Below, piece by piece: positions 59,343 through 64,000 of a stretch of 64,000 nt of DNA. A program made the translations under genes and the position numbers. Numbering within the stretch: the stretch's first letter is position 1; each line of letters begins with the position of its first letter. The notes under the pieces were generated by a model. That model saw only the letters and a list, made by a program, of their open reading frames with translations. It was not told where the DNA came from and searched no databases. This DNA is from Candidatus Geohabitans tengchongensis (GTDB taxonomy: Bacteria; Sysuimicrobiota; Sysuimicrobiia; Sysuimicrobiales; Humicultoraceae). Location of the stretch: NCBI GenBank assembly GCA_031459625.1, contig JAVKIH010000007.1:11800-75799 (forward strand), read 5' to 3'.

Positions 59343-60988
59343 GGCCTCTGGTCCCGCTGCAGAGAGCTGTCCCACCGAAAGAGGTGGAGGTACCCGAAGC
59401 CCGCATGGCGGCTCTCCCGGAAGCTGCCCGCTGTCTGGCGCAGGAGGGCGAGGCGGGCCTCCACGCCAATCGGCGCCGCGGCGACGACCCACAGGCGGGT
59501 GCGGTGACGCGCGAGCGCCTGCAGGGGGACCGACAGAGCGTCGCCGGTGCGGAAGCCCACCACCCGCCCGCCCTCCACAATCTCCTGAGGATTGGCCGTG
59601 AGGATGGTGTGGGGCCTCCGGTAATAGTACTCGAACGGCAACCGCGTGAACGCCGGGATGAAGAGCAACACGTCTCCCGGTCCGGCCTGGAGACGCAGGT
59701 AGTCGGCCGCGCCCCGCCAGTCATGGGTGGGAGGCGTCGTGAGGAGGCCGTTCAGGGCGGGGGCGACGTAGAGGGCCGGCACGGCAAGGGTCACCGCCAG
59801 GGCCACCGGAAATCGCATCCCGCCGACCGCCCGCGCAACCCTGACCACCCCGGCAGCAAGGAGGATGGCGAAGAACGGGGTGAGGAAGGCAAAGTAGCGC
59901 TTCTGGAACAGGTTCCACTCCAGCGACACCACGGTGACCGCGGCGAACGGCAGCAGCCACGTCCAGAGAAGGAGCCGCCGCTCCCCGGTGCGGAGGTGGG
60001 TCATCCCTGCCAGGAGGAGCAGGAGAATGGGGAGGAGCGCCACGAGGGGATACGCCGGTTGCGGGAGGCAGACCGACGGCGGCGAAGGGTCGGTGAACCG
60101 CAGGGGCACGAGCCTGCACGTCTCCGGGAGGACATTCGCGTAGGCCCCGGCGTGGAGATAGGTGGCCGTGCCGAAGAGACCCCCTCCAAAACTCCAGAGG
60201 GCAAAGACGTCGGCGATGTCCGAGGGGCGGAGCGGCGGGCGGATAGACGGCCACGAGCGCACCGTGGCGATCTGTGCGGGCAGGCTGGGCAGCCAGGGCA
60301 GGTAGAGGAGCGCCGCAACCACCATGGACGCCAGCCACGCACGGGCGTGAGCCCTACTCCCCACCGACAGAAGGACGTACGCCCCATGGGCCAGGACGAC
60401 GAGCAGGGCAAAATGGTGGGTGTACAAGGCGAGCCCCTGCAGGGCCGCATAGAGGATCCAGTGCCGGCGGAGGGGATGCTCGAGCGCCAGGCAGAGCGTG
60501 TAGGTGGACCCGAGCGCGAACGCCGTCAGCAGGGCGTACATGCGGGCTTCCTGGGAAGCGGCCACCGCATACGGCGACGCGGCCAGGAAGAGCGCCGCCA
60601 GGAGACCGTTCATCGAGCCGCCGACTCGACGGCCGAGCAGGAAGGTCAGGGCGATGGCCACCGCCCCGGCGACGAGGGAGGGGAGGCGCAGGACGAGCTC
60701 GGACTCGCCGGCAACAGCCATCCACAGGTGCAGGAGGACATAGTAGAAGGGCGGATGGGTATCGTACGAGCGCAGCAGCCGGGGGATCTCGGCGAGGGGC
60801 GCCCGGGCGATGAAGACGCTGTAGGTCTCGTCGAACCACAGGCCTCGCGAGAGGCCATAGGCTCGCACGAGCACACCCACGATCACGAGGCAGCCGAGCA
60901 GGATTGGCGCGGTGAGCCTCGTGTCCCAGACGGCCCGATGCCAGACCGGGCGAGGAGTGAGCGGCGCGTCGACCAAGCGGATCGTCAT
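59339..60988 (-). CDS. GT39/PMT_2-like membrane glycosyltransferase (tandem paralog)
   Basis: WFDETYS, HPPFYY, LRLPS, QEARMY, YTHH, LPWLP, DWRGAA. Confidence 0.85.
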   Translation of the reverse strand: MTIRLVDAPLTPRPVWHRAVWDTRLTAPILLGCLVIVGVLVRAYGLSRGLWFDETYSVFIARAPLAEIPRLLRSYDTHPPFYYVLLHLWMAVAGESELVLRLPSLVAGAVAIALTFLLGRRVGGSMNGLLAALFLAASPYAVAASQEARMYALLTAFALGSTYTLCLALEHPLRRHWILYAALQGLALYTHHFALLVVLAHGAYVLLSVGSRAHARAWLASMVVAALLYLPWLPSLPAQIATVRSWPSIRPPLRPSDIADVFALWSFGGGLFGTATYLHAGAYANVLPETCRLVPLRFTDPSPPSVCLPQPAYPLVALLPILLLLLAGMTHLRTGERRLLLWTWLLPFAAVTVVSLEWNLFQKRYFAFLTPFFAILLAAGVVRVARAVGGMRFPVALAVTLAVPALYVAPALNGLLTTPPTHDWRGAADYLRLQAGPGDVLLFIPAFTRLPFEYYYRRPHTILTANPQEIVEGGRVVGFRTGDALSVPLQALARHRTRLWVVAAAPIGVEARLALLRQTAGSFRESRHAGFGYLHLFRWDSSLQRDQRP

Positions 60989-61052
60989 GCCGATAAGACA
61001 TTGGAGGGCGGGGTCAGCCCGCCCTCCACTGTGCACACAACGTAGAGGCTGT

Positions 61053-61478
61053 TTAGAAGTTGCAGCCCTGAGTGGATGAACCGTCGTTGTTCAGGGTGAC
61101 GGAACACACGTCGCCGGGCTCGACTGGAGCGCCTCCCGACAAGCCGGACATGTCCCACCGGATGCTGCTGGCTGACCCGCCGCCCGCGCCGATCGTGGGG
61201 GTCGTCCAGGCGGTGCCGCCCGGCATGACTAAGCTGATGTCGCCGATGGCCGAGGGGAACTGGCTGTACTCCTGGTAGTAGGCCCAGGAGAGGGTCTTGG
61301 CCTCTTGGAGGATGTTGTCCGCCTCAGCCTTGTACGCGCGCTTGCGGGCGCCGAGGTAGCGGGGCACGGCGAGCGCAAGCAGGATGCCCAGGATGGCGAG
61401 CACGACGACCAGCTCGATGAGGGTGAAACCGCCCTCAGTGCCGGCCCGCCGCTTCTGCTGCCAGAAGAACCGAAGCAA
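61053..61478 (-). CDS. pilA: Probable major type IV pilin
   Basis: TTG start after GGGAGG; basic leader, GG|FTLIELVVVLAILGILLALAVPRY; C-terminal Cys pair; follows pilC. Confidence 0.88.
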   Translation of the reverse strand: MLRFFWQQKRRAGTEGGFTLIELVVVLAILGILLALAVPRYLGARKRAYKAEADNILQEAKTLSWAYYQEYSQFPSAIGDISLVMPGGTAWTTPTIGAGGGSASSIRWDMSGLSGGAPVEPGDVCSVTLNNDGSSTQGCNF

Positions 61479-61608
61479 CGATACCGACCTCCCTTCGTGC
61501 TTTCGTGAGTCCCCTCTCCCTGCGGCCGGCTCCCTCCGGGGCGCGCCCACAGGGTCCTACCCTCCACTGCGGCCAGGTCCTCCTGGCCCGGCCATCACCT
61601 CCCACCCC

Positions 61609-61636
61609 TCTCGAGACTGTCGGTGGGGGATCCTGC
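61609..61636 (-). promoter_or_regulatory. SigH-like promoter (weaker -10) upstream of pilA
   Basis: Minus strand GCAGGA-N15-CTCGAGA. Confidence 0.4.
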
Positions 61637-61721
61637 AGCCCACCATGCCCCTATACCCAGGATGGGAGAGGGATAGACGGCCGGGCGGGCCGGGCGCCCG
61701 CCGCCCGGCCGCGGGCGCCCC

Positions 61722-62945
61722 CTACTTGATCCCCCCGCCCGTGGCCAGCGAGAAGATCGGCAGGTAGAGCGAGATGACCATGGCCCCCACGACCACCCCC
61801 ATGAAGATGATGAGCATGGGCTCCAGCATCGACGTCAGGCTCTGCACCGTCGTCTCGATCTCCACGTCGTAGAAGTCGGCCACCTTCTGCAGCATGCTCT
61901 CCAGGGCGCCGGTCTCCTCACCCACCTTGGTCATCTGCACGACCATGGGCGGGAAGACGCCGCTGAACTGCAGGGGGATGGCGATGGACTGCCCCTCCCG
62001 GATGCTGTTGCGCACCGCGTCTACCGCCTCGCCGATCACGGTGTTGTCGATGGCCTTGGCCACCACCTCCAGGGCCTGCATGATCGGCACGCCGCTGGCG
62101 ATGAGCGTCCCCAGCGTCCGGCTGAAGCGGGAGACGACGATCTTGCGGTTCAGGTCGCCCAGCACCGGCAAGCTGAGCTTCAGGCGGTCGTAGCGGGCCC
62201 GGCCCGCCGGCGTGCGCAGGTAGCGGCGCAGGCCGTAGACCGCGGCGGCGATGGCCCCGAGGAAGACGTACCAGTAGGTGCGCAGGGTGACGCTCACCGC
62301 CATGGCGACCTGCGTGGGCAGGGGCAGGCTGGCGTCCCCGCCCAGCTCCTTGAACAGGTTCTGGAACTGGGGCAGGATGACGATGGTCATGAACATCAAC
62401 CCGCCCAGCGCCGCCGCGGTCAGCAGCGCCGGGTAGACCATGGCCGCACGGATCTTGCTGCGCAGCTCCTGCTCCTTCTCCAGGAAGGTGGCGATGCGGT
62501 TCAGGACCTCGTCCAGCACCCCGCCCGTCTCGCCCGCCTTCACCATGTTCACGTAGAGGCTGCTGAAGACCCGGGGGTGACGCCCCAGGGCCTCCGAGAG
62601 CGGCTTGCCCGACTCGACGTCGAGGCGCACCTGGGCGGTGATCTCCCGGAGTTTCTTGTTGGCCGTCTGCTGCTCGAGGATGGACAGCGTGCGCACCAGC
62701 GAGAGGCCGGAGTTCACCATGGTGGAGAACTGGCGGCTGAAGATGGCCAGGTCCTTCAGCCCGACCCCGAAGAGCCCCTGCAGGAGGTCCCCCAGCTCGC
62801 GCCGCGGGGCCTGCTTCTCCAGGTTCGTGATGAAGAACCCCATGTCGCGCAGGCGCTCGACGACGGCGGCGTCCGAGTCCGCCTCGATGGTGCCGGCGAT
62901 CACGCGCCCGCTGGGATCCTTGGCGCTGTAGCGGTAGATGGCCAT
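61722..62945 (-). CDS. pilC: Type IV pilus platform protein PilC (GspF family)
   Basis: FSRQFSTM..SG, GETGG.LD, AMVYP, GEETG.L..ML, LEP. Confidence 0.96.
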   Translation of the reverse strand: MAIYRYSAKDPSGRVIAGTIEADSDAAVVERLRDMGFFITNLEKQAPRRELGDLLQGLFGVGLKDLAIFSRQFSTMVNSGLSLVRTLSILEQQTANKKLREITAQVRLDVESGKPLSEALGRHPRVFSSLYVNMVKAGETGGVLDEVLNRIATFLEKEQELRSKIRAAMVYPALLTAAALGGLMFMTIVILPQFQNLFKELGGDASLPLPTQVAMAVSVTLRTYWYVFLGAIAAAVYGLRRYLRTPAGRARYDRLKLSLPVLGDLNRKIVVSRFSRTLGTLIASGVPIMQALEVVAKAIDNTVIGEAVDAVRNSIREGQSIAIPLQFSGVFPPMVVQMTKVGEETGALESMLQKVADFYDVEIETTVQSLTSMLEPMLIIFMGVVVGAMVISLYLPIFSLATGGGIK

Positions 62946-62949
62946 GAGG

Positions 62950-63355
62950 TCACCTCACGTGGGTCTCGCCAGTCTCTCTGCCCCCGGGAGGCCCGTCGAA
63001 GACCTCCTCCACGGGGAGGCGCAGGTCGGGCAGGGCGCCGGGGACCAGGACCGTCCCGGGAGTGGCGTGGTCGACCTCGTGGTACCTGCCCTCCCGCGGG
63101 GCCCGGTAGACCTCGACCCGGCGGTGGGGAACGTCGACGATCCACACCTCGGGCACGCCGGCCCGGGGGTCAGCGGGAGAGCCATCTGGCCTCCCCTCTG
63201 CCATCGGGGTGGGCGTGTCTCTCCCCGATGGGCGGCATCTCGACCAGGTGCCCCTGCACCAGCTCCAGGCGGTCGTCCTCGTGGAGGATGCCGGCCTGCG
63301 TCATCCGCAGGACCTCCTCCCAGGTGAACCGCCGCTGCGCGACCGGGAGCGCCAT
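62950..63355 (-). pseudogene. Uma2-family endonuclease remnant (internal deletion plus frameshift)
   Basis: N-part RFTWEE..GIL.EDDRLELVQG.LVEM.PIG..HA; C-part AGVPEVWIVD..VEVYR.P in another frame; central PD..EV core missing. Confidence 0.8.
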
Positions 63356-63514
63356 GCCTCGCCTCTCCCCTCACCCTATCGGAAGATCGATGCCGGTTTC
63401 CAGGGGGACACGCCGGTGGCGGGGCCCTGGATGGCGCCGGTCGGATGGCGCCCCTCGGGTGGCACCGGCCGGGTCGCGCCGGTCGGGACGGCGCCGGCCG
63501 CGACCGCGGCGGGC

Positions 63515-64000
63515 CTACCGCCGGGCCGGGCTCGAGGCGCGGATCGTGTACTCGGGGACGTCGCCGCCGGCCTCGGCGATCATCTTGCGCAGCTCCTCGG
63601 GGTGGATGGCCCGCCCCATGGCGTCCTCGTAGGTGATGAGCTTGCGCAGGTAGAGGTCCCGCAGCGACTGGTCCATGGTCTGCATCCCGTACTGGCTCCC
63701 CGTCTGGATGGCCGTCTCGATCTGGTGGGCCTTGGCCTCGCGGATGAGGTTCCGGATGGCCGGGGTGGCGATCATCACCTCCACGGCGGGCACGCGGCCG
63801 ATCTCCTCCAGCGAGGGCCACGCGCTGCCCGACGCACTCCCCAGGCGGGAGCGGGCCGGGGTGCGCCGCCCGTCGCCGGCAGGGTTGTAGCGGGCGTTGG
63901 GCAGGAGCTGCTGGGAGATGACCGCCTCGATGACCATGGCCAGCTGGATGCGGATCTGCTGCTGCTGGTAGGGCGGGAAGACGTCGATGATGCGGTCGAT
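63515..64000 (-). CDS. pilT: Pilus retraction ATPase PilT, C-terminal part (gene starts beyond window)
   Basis: IDRIIDVFP..QQQIRIQL, AVISQQLLP, AIRNLIRE, GMQTMDQSL. Confidence 0.93.
   Translation of the reverse strand: MDRIIDVFPPYQQQQIRIQLAMVIEAVISQQLLPNARYNPAGDGRRTPARSRLGSASGSAWPSLEEIGRVPAVEVMIATPAIRNLIREAKAHQIETAIQTGSQYGMQTMDQSLRDLYLRKLITYEDAMGRAIHPEELRKMIAEAGGDVPEYTIRASSPARR

Overview
This is a very GC-rich bacterial chromosomal window. Gene content suggests a Terrabacteria-type organism with a secretin, perhaps Armatimonadota-like; that assignment is inference only. Almost all genes lie on the minus strand. From 1-24.5 kb it holds housekeeping genes: a thiolase with two DUF35 genes, hbd, a nucleoside salvage operon (deoB-punA-methyltransferase-pdp-Pnkp-like kinase), a VapBC-like pair, nudF, ilvE, pyrG, nadK, tlyA, ispA, acyP, nusB, efp, an M24 peptidase, an ispD-ispF-dxr-ispE operon, tatA and an ECF sigma/ZAS anti-sigma/RseB-like module. 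From 24.5-64 kb it holds a ~40 kb type IV pilus locus: pilT (partial), pilC, pilA, pilMNO, pilD, a pilP-like gene, pilQ and a GAF-GGDEF protein. Four unusual features stand out. (1) A TgpA-like membrane transglutaminase of a MoxR-DUF58-TGase triad is fused in frame to a complete C-terminal type IV pilin with an internal G|FTLVE prepilin-peptidase site. (2) There are three paralogous minor-pilin/large PilX-like tip cassettes, and two of the pilins carry long Pro-Thr tails. (3) A large polyprenol-phosphate-dependent glycosylation toolkit (PMT, four more GT-C-like proteins, two GT2, GtrA, O-antigen-ligase-like) is interleaved with the pilin genes. (4) A recurring SigH-like promoter motif precedes the pilus sub-operons. 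No rRNA, tRNA, CRISPR array or transposase was recognised. Many start codons were re-assigned by eye from the ORF track and are approximate.
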